A stretch of DNA of 64,000 nt. It comes from a virus. The stretch lies in the IMG/VR virus record IMGVR_UViG_3300008448_012223. The stretch is one strand, 5' to 3'. Numbering within the stretch: the stretch's first letter is position 1; every line of letters starts with the position of its first letter. Below the pieces are notes generated by a model. The model had not been told where the DNA came from. It did no database searches and saw only the letters and a list, made by a program, of their open reading frames with translations. This document shows, in pieces, positions 36,990 to 47,634 of the stretch. The translations under genes and the position numbers were made by a program.

Positions 36990-38175
36990 AGAGAATCTAG
37001 AACCTCTACTGAATAGACCTGAGTTTAGGGCCCTCCTGGATGTAATCAGTGATAGACAATTTGAGGGGGCCGATTACAATACACTATACGGTGGATCTAA
37101 ATTCAGTAGTTACGAGGATCACCCACGCCAGAGATTCTCAATAGGGGGTGGGGGGAACTACACCACGGCTGCAGGTAGATACCAAATTTTAGATGTGACA
37201 TGGGATGGTATTAATAAAGAGACTGGGGGAATGCTATCTGACTTCAGCCCTCTGAACCAGGATCTAGCCATATTATATTTAATACTCGATGAGACTGGTA
37301 CTACGGTAGAGGAGGTCATGAGTGGTAACATACTAAGCTACTATACCAAGCTACGGAAACAATGGACTAGTCTACCGGGGGCCTCTGAAGCACGAGGTGG
37401 AGAAAATACGCTAGATACTTTATATAAACAGTATCTAGCCTATAGGCGAGGACAGGGTCCGGCACCATCTACTTTGAGTGGTGGTGGTGGGAGTAATGCC
37501 CCCACTATACCGGGCGATAGTGCTTATTCTACTCAACAGTTGGCGCAGGCATTAGTAGAGGGTATAGATGGATTTGTTAATGCTATATTCAAGCGTACAG
37601 GAGAGTTCAAGTGGCCCTATAACCAACGCGATGCTATTACCCACACAGGTTCTGTACCTCAGGTTAATAGAGCTATGACTAATAATACTCTATCCTATGG
37701 AGCAGGAGCCCCCGGCTTTCAGTTCAATGAGGCGAGCGCATTGGCAGGGCAGGTAATACCCGGTAGGTCAGGCTCTGGGGGTGGCATAGTACCCGCTGAG
37801 GGATCTCTGACTAGTGGGTTTGGCTGGCGTTGGGGTAGGATGCACAACGGTATAGATATAGGGGCTCCAATAGGCACACCTATATTAGCCACTATGGCAG
37901 GCAAGGTGATATCAGTCGGATTCGAGAATAATGGATTTGGTAATATAGTTAAACTAGAACACGTAGGGGGCAATCAGAGTTGGTACGCACATATGAGCAA
38001 GTTTGCTGTTAAACTGGCAGATATAGTGCAGCAAGGACAAGTAATAGGTGAGATGGGCAGTACTGGTCATAGCACTGGCCCTCATCTTCACTTTGAGTGG
38101 AGAGTAAGATCTGGTATAGGTGGGGGCCTGAATGCGGTAGACCCACGCCTTAGTGTATTAAAGGGATTAATATAG
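36979..38175 (+). CDS. Lambda-R-type lysozyme fused to an M23 peptidase
   Basis: RALLDVIS..EGADY.TLYGG..DHP..TAAGRYQIL..DFSP.NQD; HNGIDIG..SWYAH..GSTGHSTGPHLHFE. Confidence 0.9.
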   Translation: MWNRENLEPLLNRPEFRALLDVISDRQFEGADYNTLYGGSKFSSYEDHPRQRFSIGGGGNYTTAAGRYQILDVTWDGINKETGGMLSDFSPLNQDLAILYLILDETGTTVEEVMSGNILSYYTKLRKQWTSLPGASEARGGENTLDTLYKQYLAYRRGQGPAPSTLSGGGGSNAPTIPGDSAYSTQQLAQALVEGIDGFVNAIFKRTGEFKWPYNQRDAITHTGSVPQVNRAMTNNTLSYGAGAPGFQFNEASALAGQVIPGRSGSGGGIVPAEGSLTSGFGWRWGRMHNGIDIGAPIGTPILATMAGKVISVGFENNGFGNIVKLEHVGGNQSWYAHMSKFAVKLADIVQQGQVIGEMGSTGHSTGPHLHFEWRVRSGIGGGLNAVDPRLSVLKGLI

Positions 38176-38179
38176 ACTT

Positions 38180-38692
38180 ATGAGAACTACCAGTAAAGAT
38201 GGGGATGAACTAGAGAGGGCTATAGCCCGCGCGGGCGGTATTAGCACTCACGTAAATCAATTCAGGCTACTAACACAATATACGTACGATGCGGATACTC
38301 GTGATGCGCGCGCGGGCTACGCACTAACAGTAATACTACCCAGGCCTTGTTGGTTAGATGCTGTATGGCTACTGAGTGGTATAGAGTTAGTTAGTAGCCC
38401 CCGTCGTATGATGCCGGGCCAGGTACTGGCACTGAATGCAGCTACTATAGGTGTAAGACTGCCGCAGACCATACAGATGCGAGCTGATAGTAGAGAGAGG
38501 CCCAACGTAAACGCCGAGGGTCTCGAGGTGTTAATAAGAAAGCGAATGCCTGATACACCACTAATTAACAACTTTATGATGCTAGCTAACTCGGCTAATA
38601 AACCGCTAGTGGCAGCTCAACTAGCGCGCTGGTTCGGCTACTCGGAGGAGTCAGTGCAAAGCATAGTAGGAGTAATATATCGTGCTAATTAA
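38180..38692 (+). CDS. Hypothetical baseplate-region protein
   Basis: ORF track; operon context. Confidence 0.65.
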   Translation: MRTTSKDGDELERAIARAGGISTHVNQFRLLTQYTYDADTRDARAGYALTVILPRPCWLDAVWLLSGIELVSSPRRMMPGQVLALNAATIGVRLPQTIQMRADSRERPNVNAEGLEVLIRKRMPDTPLINNFMMLANSANKPLVAAQLARWFGYSEESVQSIVGVIYRAN

Positions 38693-39776
38693 CCTAGAGG
38701 CCGTACCTCAATTACCCGGGGCTAATACAGATGCTGTAACACGCATAGATGAAGCGGCTATTAATAATCTATCTATTCTGATAGCGGGCTCTCACGAAAG
38801 ACTAGCCAGTATCATGCGTAACGTACCCCTCCCTCGTACCCGTCCTACGTGGAGAGATATAACGCGCTCTCTAGAGGGGCAGCTCATACTGTTATTATCA
38901 CTACCTACATCGAGTAATCTGGACTACACGGTCATTACGCAGCACGCAGATAGATACAGACGTATAGCGGAGAGGCCTAATTGGCTACCACCCAATGACT
39001 ATAGTGAGACACTACTACTAACTGATAGGCGAGTATGGGGGACCTCTGCTAGTAGTATAGGCTATTACCTACTACTGGGGGGCTATAGAATGCACTATGC
39101 CAGCCCTTGTCGTCTAGTCTACGAGGCTACTCGTACTCTATGGAGCATGCAGCCCAACTGGAAGGAGTATTACGCAACGCTAGGAGCAGAGGGATCACTA
39201 GATAGCCACCGCTTCTTCAAGGCATTTCTATCCCAACCCACTGGTATAACTCGCGTAGCTGGCTTCCTGAACGCCATACAGAATATAGAGGCTACCTATC
39301 TAGAACGCTACTGGGTAGTGCCGGGCGGGCCGGATCTACTATGGGATCTATGGCACGGACAGATAGACCCAGCGTTATTTAATCTCTATGAAGATCTAAG
39401 CCAGGACCCACCAGATGAGCTACGAGAGTGGTTGATACCTACAGAGCCCGGCCTACTACGGCAGGTAAGCAGCAGTATCATAACCTCATTACCGTATCCA
39501 GGGGGCCTCAATACGCACCTGGTGACTATGGCAGCACACATGACCAACCTAGCTTATATACATGCTTATAATTCTCCTCGACCCGATGTAGAGATATACG
39601 TTCTCGCTGATGATGCAGAGAGAACACGTCTAGGACGGGTACGTAATCTACTATATACCGCCTCGCAGTATTTGCGGCGGTCTACGCTAGATCACTGGGT
39701 AATAATGGGTAATAACCTAGCAGCCATATCTGAAATAGATAATCAACGAGGAGCCATACAGGATCTAGACCTATGA
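38682..39776 (+). CDS. Hypothetical baseplate-region protein
   Basis: 364-aa ORF with overlapping neighbours. Confidence 0.7.
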   Translation: MLINLEAVPQLPGANTDAVTRIDEAAINNLSILIAGSHERLASIMRNVPLPRTRPTWRDITRSLEGQLILLLSLPTSSNLDYTVITQHADRYRRIAERPNWLPPNDYSETLLLTDRRVWGTSASSIGYYLLLGGYRMHYASPCRLVYEATRTLWSMQPNWKEYYATLGAEGSLDSHRFFKAFLSQPTGITRVAGFLNAIQNIEATYLERYWVVPGGPDLLWDLWHGQIDPALFNLYEDLSQDPPDELREWLIPTEPGLLRQVSSSIITSLPYPGGLNTHLVTMAAHMTNLAYIHAYNSPRPDVEIYVLADDAERTRLGRVRNLLYTASQYLRRSTLDHWVIMGNNLAAISEIDNQRGAIQDLDL

Positions 39777-42700
39777 GTAAAATAGAAGATCAACTAGTGA
39801 AGGGAGATCTAGGGGCGGGCCGCAACACTCCTACGCTGGGGCCCGCGCTCAATGATCTCAATGAGACATCCAAGAACACAGCATACCAACAAGCAACAGA
39901 GACACTAGGGCAGGCAGCGGCATCTACCACTCCGTTCGAACCTCGTCGCATCAGCTCTCAGATTATAGTGGAGCCCGTGCGGGCGGTAGAGGGGCTATTA
40001 GAATTAAGAGACATGAACCTACAGGCCAACCAGGTTCTGCGGGAGGGCATAGCGCCTAATACAGAACAGAATATTAATGCTGTAGGTACGGCAGTTAATG
40101 GTAATACTGAGCAATCACTAGATGGAATCCGTAAGCTCAAGGAGAGCTCACTCCTTAGTGATAAAGCAGAGCTAGCTGATATAAGTCAGGGCAATGTCAA
40201 TATTGCCCCTGCCAATAGACTCACGCAGGTAGCCAATAACATACAGTTTGTGAGTGATACCAATATCACGCAACGGGCCCCCTTTATGCAGTCCGTCACC
40301 GATAACTATGTAGTGCAGTCCGGGAACTCCATTAATCACATTAGCGACCACCATTACGCAATAGGTAAGGATAGTACTCGAATTATAGAGGGGGACGACT
40401 TACAGCGATCAGGTAATAGACTACGCCTATCAAATAGAAGTGAGACAGTAACCCAAGTAGATAAGGCTACGGCCCTAGGCGAGATGGAGCGGGTCTCTGC
40501 TGATTACAAGAGTTATGCTACTACACACACTAGCACATCATTAAACGAAATGAGGCTCTATAGCTACGGTGAGATGGTAGCAAGAGCCACTAACGTAGAT
40601 CTAATAGCAGCCGCATCACCTGTAGGATCGGAGGCTGCAGACGATAAAGAGGAGCCAGCTGAGATACCAGTGGGCCGCGTTAATATATACTCATCGGTAC
40701 CAGGAGGCGGGCTATCAGGTATGACCTTCAGTCCTGAAGGTATGAACTCCTATGCACTGAAGAGTGCCTTCCAGGGCATAACTCACAATCACATAACTGC
40801 GGGGCCCAGCATATTCCAGGGCGCGGGTGCTGTATTCTCCCTAAGCGGAGTTATGACTCTCAATACACTACCGGCTATACCTGATGAGATAGAGTTGAAC
40901 GTCGACCTCATCCCACACATACCAGAGTTCCCTAAACTACCTGATTTACCTAATGGATGTGGGGCCATACTTGAAAATACAGATACTCCTGAGGAACCAA
41001 CTCAGTCTGATATAGAGCAGTCTGATCCAGATGGCGCTCAAGTACCCACCGAGTCTAATGACTCTGCCACTACGTCGGGTGACACATCGTCGGGTGCCAC
41101 TACGCCAGGAGGCGATGCTATAGGCTCACTAGGAGAGGATATACGGAGCTCTATATCAGCCTCTAAGGTAACTCCTAAGAACCCAGGTAAGGAGAACATA
41201 GCTAAGAGCGCTACTGATACAGCTAAGAATCCACCAGCGTTGGTAGCAGTAGAGCCGGCCGCAGTATCATCGGTAGCCAGTGATGTATATCTAGAGCGAG
41301 AGGGTGAAACGGTAGGAGAGTTGACTATATCTGTCAATACGCCCCTTATAGATATAGCGGGGGACGTGCAATTAGAGGTACAAAAGGTAGGAGAGGATCT
41401 ACAACAATTGGGGCTCAGTGTATCTGCTACTCAGGTAACCACTCTAGTCAATCAGGTACTAACTATCAGTAGAAATAATAGCATAGATGCCATAGCCATG
41501 CTAGAGGGCGGGACCAGTCAGGATCTAGTGCCCGCAGAATTGAAGCAATTGTTTCTTAATTCTCCTTCACTCAAGACTTATATAATCAATGAGATTAAGG
41601 ACGCCCTATCGCTATTATCTATTGGTTTCCTAGAACTAAGTGATCTAGACACCTCGGCCCGCGGGCTAGTAGTAAGTGATAACTCAACAGACCTAGCGCG
41701 GGTATACTCCTTAGTATCACCTGCATTAGACCGGCTATACGAGAGCACAGGTCTTAGCCAATACGGAGACACCACTCAACTAGCGCAGCTGGGGACCTCA
41801 CTATTAAATGGCGAGAAGCTAAACGAACAGACTGTAGACGCTCTAATAATTAACTCTATTAGCAGTAACCTAAATAGAACACTGGGTATAGATGGGGCAG
41901 ACGTAACTAATAAAGTATATAATTTAGCTAAACGACTGGCCAAAGCCAATGACAAAGCCGATGACGAAGCCGATGACGAACCCATAGACGTTGATAAGGA
42001 GATAACCTCTCTCATGAGTTCATTAGGCACTACACTGGACTCTGATTTACTAAAAGATGCTGTATATTATAAAGAACTAGGAGAGAGTATATATAACAGT
42101 GCCTCTGTACTGGCTGACAGTATCTCCACCGGGGATATAGGTAGTATCATACGCGGTGATGGCATCAAATCCCTACTATCAGGGGGGCTAGATAAAATCA
42201 TAGGTGAGAATAATACTGCCCTCATCAGGGCAGCAACTGATATAGGCCGCACCGGACTAGCCCTAGGTAAGTCACTGGCATTAATGCCCAGTATCGTAGG
42301 CGCGCTAAGCGGTAGCGCTATCCAAAAAATAGTGCAACTAATAGATATAATCTCTTGTCTAGATATCGTAGATCAGGCCCGTGACCTAGTTACCGCCATA
42401 GGTAATATCAGTACACAACCTAATAGTAGTCGACCGGGCCGCTCTGGTACTACTGATACATTAGACACACTAGATACTATATCTCTATTACCACGTCTAA
42501 CTCAGTATACCAATACTGTAATCGATCTATACAATAATGGAGATGAGGAGCTAAAGCAAGAGATCATCGAATTAATTGAGGGGCCCATTGATGACGAGGA
42601 TACTGTAACTCCCCGAGAGCCATTATCTACTACAGTAGAGCTACTGGAGGGCCGCTGGAGACTAGGGGTAGATGAGTGCTTCCGACTGCCGCGCCTCACG

Positions 42701-43075
42701 CTAGCCCTAGCAGATACACAGATATTATCAATCAATACTAAATTAACGTGGGGCCTAACTAATCCATTACTCTTCTATACTCAACTAGAGTTACTACCTG
42801 GTAGAGGGGACGACTTACAAATAATAGTAGATAGCTGGACATACGATAATAATACTCTGTACCCAGTGCAGGTTGATAATAGCTATACATCCTCAGTGCT
42901 AACCTACAGGATAACTGACTATGATTGGGGAACTAATGTAGGCCATGCTATATATGATGGTCAGTATGGTTATCTCCGTCTCATCGATGATAGAGGTACT
43001 ATATACACTATACCCAGTACTGCTATCGGAGGCCGCCTCATTCCTCTCATCTCATCATCGTACCTAGTGAAATAA
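39773..43075 (+). CDS. 1100-aa putative virion protein (beta-rich N-half, low-complexity linker, helical C-half)
   Basis: Long ORF inside the baseplate operon; no family recognised. Confidence 0.7.
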   Translation: MSKIEDQLVKGDLGAGRNTPTLGPALNDLNETSKNTAYQQATETLGQAAASTTPFEPRRISSQIIVEPVRAVEGLLELRDMNLQANQVLREGIAPNTEQNINAVGTAVNGNTEQSLDGIRKLKESSLLSDKAELADISQGNVNIAPANRLTQVANNIQFVSDTNITQRAPFMQSVTDNYVVQSGNSINHISDHHYAIGKDSTRIIEGDDLQRSGNRLRLSNRSETVTQVDKATALGEMERVSADYKSYATTHTSTSLNEMRLYSYGEMVARATNVDLIAAASPVGSEAADDKEEPAEIPVGRVNIYSSVPGGGLSGMTFSPEGMNSYALKSAFQGITHNHITAGPSIFQGAGAVFSLSGVMTLNTLPAIPDEIELNVDLIPHIPEFPKLPDLPNGCGAILENTDTPEEPTQSDIEQSDPDGAQVPTESNDSATTSGDTSSGATTPGGDAIGSLGEDIRSSISASKVTPKNPGKENIAKSATDTAKNPPALVAVEPAAVSSVASDVYLEREGETVGELTISVNTPLIDIAGDVQLEVQKVGEDLQQLGLSVSATQVTTLVNQVLTISRNNSIDAIAMLEGGTSQDLVPAELKQLFLNSPSLKTYIINEIKDALSLLSIGFLELSDLDTSARGLVVSDNSTDLARVYSLVSPALDRLYESTGLSQYGDTTQLAQLGTSLLNGEKLNEQTVDALIINSISSNLNRTLGIDGADVTNKVYNLAKRLAKANDKADDEADDEPIDVDKEITSLMSSLGTTLDSDLLKDAVYYKELGESIYNSASVLADSISTGDIGSIIRGDGIKSLLSGGLDKIIGENNTALIRAATDIGRTGLALGKSLALMPSIVGALSGSAIQKIVQLIDIISCLDIVDQARDLVTAIGNISTQPNSSRPGRSGTTDTLDTLDTISLLPRLTQYTNTVIDLYNNGDEELKQEIIELIEGPIDDEDTVTPREPLSTTVELLEGRWRLGVDECFRLPRLTLALADTQILSINTKLTWGLTNPLLFYTQLELLPGRGDDLQIIVDSWTYDNNTLYPVQVDNSYTSSVLTYRITDYDWGTNVGHAIYDGQYGYLRLIDDRGTIYTIPSTAIGGRLIPLISSSYLVK

Positions 43076-43425
43076 TGATAACACCAGTAGACGCCCCACA
43101 AGTCATACGCTACGGCATAGCAATATACGCGCCCCCTCTACCTAGCGTAGATAGTCTGACGCTCGAGATTCTTTATAGTGAGAGCCCCAACCCTCGCCTC
43201 ATACCCTGCTCTACTAGTGTGCGCCTATGGAAACGAGAGAGTGAGCAGGGAGAGAGGGGCACCCTATTCCTATGGAAGAAGGATAATCAATTAACTAAAG
43301 GCTACTATACGCTTATATTAGAGGCAAATAATAGACGAGGCTATTGTTCTATTGCGTTAACGGCGCCCACCGACTACTGGATAGTGGGGCTACCCTATAG
43401 TATTTATCCCCCTATAGCTTTATAA
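43075..43425 (+). CDS. Hypothetical protein
   Basis: ORF track; TAATG coupling to the upstream gene. Confidence 0.65.
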   Translation: MITPVDAPQVIRYGIAIYAPPLPSVDSLTLEILYSESPNPRLIPCSTSVRLWKRESEQGERGTLFLWKKDNQLTKGYYTLILEANNRRGYCSIALTAPTDYWIVGLPYSIYPPIAL

Positions 43426-43427
43426 CT

Positions 43428-43805
43428 GTGGATATAGCGACGAGAGACGGAGATATACTCCTCAGCACAACTGGCGATCTAATGCTAGTAGACGAAAGAG
43501 ACTATCTAGTAAGGCGAGCTCTGGAGATTCCATTGGGTCACGTAGCTATATGGGTACCTGGTACTAGCGACTTTCGATTAGTTGATGCTGACGTGGGGAA
43601 TGCCCTCTATAATTATCTATCTGATCCCCTCAATCTTGACTGGGTAGGTAGGGCTGATATAGCTATAGCCAACGCTCTACGCGCCTTACCATCTGTGTAT
43701 AGTGTACGCGATGTGGATATTCAGGTAACAGGCCCGCGCGAGGTACGCATTAACGTTATATATAATGATAACCGCTCTCTCACGACTACATTGACACCTT
43801 CGTAA
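43428..43805 (+). CDS. Baseplate wedge protein, gp25-like
   Basis: GDILLSTTGDL..RRALEIPLG..GNALY..IANALRALPSVYSV..VRINVIY; lies upstream of the J-like gene. Confidence 0.75.
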   Translation: MDIATRDGDILLSTTGDLMLVDERDYLVRRALEIPLGHVAIWVPGTSDFRLVDADVGNALYNYLSDPLNLDWVGRADIAIANALRALPSVYSVRDVDIQVTGPREVRINVIYNDNRSLTTTLTPS

Positions 43806-43869
43806 GCGCCCCCTCTAGAGCGAGTTTCAATTAATCTTAAGCCTTATTAGGGACATAACAGGTATTTTT

Positions 43870-44850
43870 ATGAATCTAAACACTATATTAAGTACCATCC
43901 AGCAAAAACTGCAGGGGACAATACTAAATGGTACCATCAGTCCACTCAGTAATCTCTACTTCCTATTACGAGCTATAGCCACCTGTATAGTAGATCTATA
44001 CGAGGAGACACGGCCCGTTACTATAATGGATGCCACCGACGTAGAGTTAGATGCGATGGCTCTATTATACGGTATAATTAGAAGAGAGGGCACACCAGCT
44101 AATGGCTACGCACTAGTGCTGGGCCCGGTACCAGCAGGTACTGTTATGCTGACACCTGATAATGTAACTATTATTCTAAGTGAGGCCATAAACAATAGTG
44201 GCGAGACACGCGTAGCTGTAACAGTAGGGAGGCCAGGTGAGGCTGTCATACCAGCTGGCACCCCACTGCGCGATCCCGTAACGGGTGCTACTGGCGTAGT
44301 AGGCCTATATAGAAACCCATTCAATGAAGCCGTAGGTGATATCGTAAATGGCACTGATAGAGAGAGTGACGATGATTTACGTCTACGCGCCCTTGAATAC
44401 CTAGACTTATCAGATAGCAGTAGTCTATCAGCTCTACGCGCGACTATAATTAACGAGATAAATACACTCAGCCGAATAGTCATAGTTGATTCTGACCCCA
44501 CGCCTGGCTATATAACTGTTTATACCGACGCGAGCGATGAGCGCACATTATTTCAGATAAGTAAGGTTATAGAGAATAATAAGGCAGTAGGCATCGGGTT
44601 CAGGGTCAGGACACTACAGCCATTCCCGTATAATGTACGTGTGGCCGTAGCAGGTAATGTCAACGCGGGTCTAGTTATAAGACAATACTTCAGAAACCTA
44701 GCTCCTCTCACTAGTCCATCAGCGAGAGGTATAGGTCTTGCTCTAGTGAATTCAGGAGCCAGCGCAGCCCGAGTGCTGAGTACATTACCACTCGCACCAG
44801 TTGATACTATGCCAGTCCTAGAGAGTGTAGAGGTGGTTCCAATTGGTTAA
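43870..44850 (+). CDS. Baseplate J-like protein
   Basis: LDAMALLYGIIRREGTPA.G; GTDRESDDDLRLRA; PGYITVY. Confidence 0.85.
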   Translation: MNLNTILSTIQQKLQGTILNGTISPLSNLYFLLRAIATCIVDLYEETRPVTIMDATDVELDAMALLYGIIRREGTPANGYALVLGPVPAGTVMLTPDNVTIILSEAINNSGETRVAVTVGRPGEAVIPAGTPLRDPVTGATGVVGLYRNPFNEAVGDIVNGTDRESDDDLRLRALEYLDLSDSSSLSALRATIINEINTLSRIVIVDSDPTPGYITVYTDASDERTLFQISKVIENNKAVGIGFRVRTLQPFPYNVRVAVAGNVNAGLVIRQYFRNLAPLTSPSARGIGLALVNSGASAARVLSTLPLAPVDTMPVLESVEVVPIG

Positions 44851-47629
44851 TTATCGTTATAGGCTATCACGACTACTAATCCCGGGGGGCATACCTGATC
44901 CTGAGATAGGAGAGGTAGAGCTATTCCTGGCTAGTGATAGAGAGGGCTATGTTAATAATATAGACCTACCACCGGATCCCAATTGCCTGGAGATCAACTG
45001 TACCCCTACGCAATGCGTAGAGCGGATAGGTATATGGAGCAATCAGGCACTAGGCCCGCTGGGTACAGGAGGTTTCTTCATAGCAGGTGAACCTGATGAT
45101 GAGAATAGAGTTACTGTAATCAACGTGGGTGTAGTATGCCCCCTCACTGGCACACCGGGGCGCTCCAATTACGCTCTCTATCCACAGAAGCAAGGTACCC
45201 TTGAGCTAACTACACCTCTCATACCAGGTATGCCGTACGCCGAGATAGTGCGCGTCACCCCAACGGCAGGAGAGTTCCTATTACGCTACTACAAGATAAA
45301 AGGCCTTCCTCATGCGCAGCTAAGCATAGCTCGCTCCCTATCGAATCAGACGGTGGATACTGAGGAGTTAGCGTGGACTGTCATAGGTATGGTAGGAGCA
45401 TCTATACGGCCAGACGCTAATGTAATATACCGCAGTTCTGAAATAGATGCGACAGTCAGCGAATACATTAGACGAGCATGCTCGGGCCTACTAGAACTAA
45501 TGGATCCCGGCAGTCTACCGGGCAGACGAGGGAGTATCCCTCGCTTTGTGTATAGCCTGAGCTCTGAGGCCGATATATACGGCTCCGAGGCAGAGAAACT
45601 ACAGGCATTAACTGAGATACGCGTAGTAGAGAACTGCAGCGACTGTATAGAGGTGGGCCCCAATAATAAACGCGTATCTCGAGAGGTACGGGATAGATCA
45701 TGCGCCGCTGTACTGCTAGCGCTCTGCATCGCGGGCTACGGAGATAAGGCCACCCCACTAGCAGAGTATCTAGTGAGTCGTATAGATAGCCGCGGCAGAA
45801 TGATTACTGGCTGGACAGACGCACGGCCTCTAAGCACGTCACTTAGTCTAGATAGTCCTACAGCTAGTGGTACGATAACAGCGGCCCTAGCTATATTGGC
45901 CTATAGTCGTGTAGATAGATCATACCTACCCCATGCTCATAGATTAATAGAGAGTGCGCGCCTCTACTATTACACATCCTCCTGGGGTACTGATGCTATA
46001 GATAGAACACTAGGGGCCCTTATAAGCCGCGTGCTAGTTGACTACGCCGATACACCTAGCCAGGCGCAGGCGAGCCTCATTAATGTAATAGGGCAGGCAG
46101 GTACAGTAAGTCCTACATTCCTAGCACTCCAACTAGAGTTAATAGGAGATGTTAGTTTAAATACTACATACCGCGCTATATTAGATAATGACCCTACACT
46201 AGAGTGTGGATTATCACTAGCTAGAGAGCTATCCAGCACCTCATTTCTAAGAGTACTAGATGAACTGGGCCCTGTGTATAGGAATTATCTCTATCGTATA
46301 GATAAGACAATGTCGCGCGTAAGAGGGGCTCTACCTACAGACTTCGGCCTATTCAGTAAAACAGCTATTAGATCAGGTAATCTAGGCCGCATACTAGAGG
46401 CCCTAGTACCCTCAATTAGTGCGGCGTATAATAAACCACTAGTAGTACCTACGGCTCCGACTAAGGTCCCTGTGACTATATCGGGTATTCTTAACTGGTT
46501 AACAGGATTAGGGTATCAAGAAGTATATGTTACAGAGGCGTGGAGAGAGGCGCTGCACGTAGTTGGTAATCTACCTACTTACGGTAACACCACCCTAGGC
46601 ACAGGACTACTAGGTATGCCCCGCCCATCAGCGCGCGTAGGAGTACTAGGACGGTGGGAGGAGAAAATTAATCCTGCTCCTGGCGGCGTGCTGGTTATAC
46701 GAGAGGGTAATATACTGGGGGCTGGCATTATAGATGATACACCAGCAGTAGGCGCGCTAGTCCCAGATGACGAGGAGTGTAATATCTGTTACTGGTTTGG
46801 TATTTGTGAGGCACCAGAGCCATATGACTGTATCGCAGGTCAATTTGACTTCTGTGAATTTGAATTATTGTTGATATATTGCCCTGGGGTTTTACCCAAT
46901 AGGCCGATAAAAATCATTGAAGTCAACCAATCTGCTGTATATTGCCCTGGGATTTTACCTGATAGGCCAAAACTTGTCTATTGCTCCCTCTCTAACTCTC
47001 AATTAACAATCTTTAGACCAGTCGATACCGTTGATGGCACTTTTACCTATTGTACTTTTCCTATCACTGTTAGCGGCAATTTTACCTATTGTGCTTTTTC
47101 TACCGCCGAATTATCGACTTTTAGACCAGCCGAAAATCTTGTTGATAATTTACCTCCAGTAACCACCACCTCTCAAGGGCAGTGGATACAATTCAATCAA
47201 TGGCTAAGGATGGGTTTTACAACTGGGAATAACAGTAGTGGTTATATTATCAATTCGGTCACTCTTCGGTTAGCAGAAATCACCGCAAGTCCCAATTTAG
47301 TTGTCAGGCTCTATAACGACAGCCCTGGAGGACTCGGTAGTCGGATAACCACTTTTACTAACCCTAGTTTCACTCCTAACATTACCAACAATTACACCTT
47401 TACTCTTACTAATCCGCAAATATTAGCCGCTAATACTACTTATTGGTTAGTTGTCGAAATTTTAAGCGGTAGTGGGCAGTATATATGGGCCTTTACTACC
47501 TCTGGCAACCAATCAGGATCGTTGGGGTGGTCGATTCGCGACGATTCTTTGTTTAGCTCTAATCAAGGAGGCACTTGGGAGTTTTTCGCTGGATCTGTAG
47601 TTTTTCAATTTAAAGTAACAGGAACTTAA
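44843..47629 (+). CDS. Baseplate wedge/tail protein with an AT-rich, host-like C-terminal extracellular domain (choice-of-anchor R-like)
   Basis: Follows J; P2 gpI-like TISGILNWL..GY.EVYVTE; from about 47135 NLVDNL..FTTG..GY.INSVTLRL..RLYND..L.ANTTYWLV resembles cyanobacterial PEP-CTERM-associated domains. Confidence 0.65.
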   Translation: MVNYRYRLSRLLIPGGIPDPEIGEVELFLASDREGYVNNIDLPPDPNCLEINCTPTQCVERIGIWSNQALGPLGTGGFFIAGEPDDENRVTVINVGVVCPLTGTPGRSNYALYPQKQGTLELTTPLIPGMPYAEIVRVTPTAGEFLLRYYKIKGLPHAQLSIARSLSNQTVDTEELAWTVIGMVGASIRPDANVIYRSSEIDATVSEYIRRACSGLLELMDPGSLPGRRGSIPRFVYSLSSEADIYGSEAEKLQALTEIRVVENCSDCIEVGPNNKRVSREVRDRSCAAVLLALCIAGYGDKATPLAEYLVSRIDSRGRMITGWTDARPLSTSLSLDSPTASGTITAALAILAYSRVDRSYLPHAHRLIESARLYYYTSSWGTDAIDRTLGALISRVLVDYADTPSQAQASLINVIGQAGTVSPTFLALQLELIGDVSLNTTYRAILDNDPTLECGLSLARELSSTSFLRVLDELGPVYRNYLYRIDKTMSRVRGALPTDFGLFSKTAIRSGNLGRILEALVPSISAAYNKPLVVPTAPTKVPVTISGILNWLTGLGYQEVYVTEAWREALHVVGNLPTYGNTTLGTGLLGMPRPSARVGVLGRWEEKINPAPGGVLVIREGNILGAGIIDDTPAVGALVPDDEECNICYWFGICEAPEPYDCIAGQFDFCEFELLLIYCPGVLPNRPIKIIEVNQSAVYCPGILPDRPKLVYCSLSNSQLTIFRPVDTVDGTFTYCTFPITVSGNFTYCAFSTAELSTFRPAENLVDNLPPVTTTSQGQWIQFNQWLRMGFTTGNNSSGYIINSVTLRLAEITASPNLVVRLYNDSPGGLGSRITTFTNPSFTPNITNNYTFTLTNPQILAANTTYWLVVEILSGSGQYIWAFTTSGNQSGSLGWSIRDDSLFSSNQGGTWEFFAGSVVFQFKVTGT

Positions 47630-47634
47630 GCACT

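Noticed and set aside
41943-41978. Three 12-bp tandem units (KAND-KADD-EADD)
   Set aside because: Real, but an ordinary slippage repeat in an acidic linker
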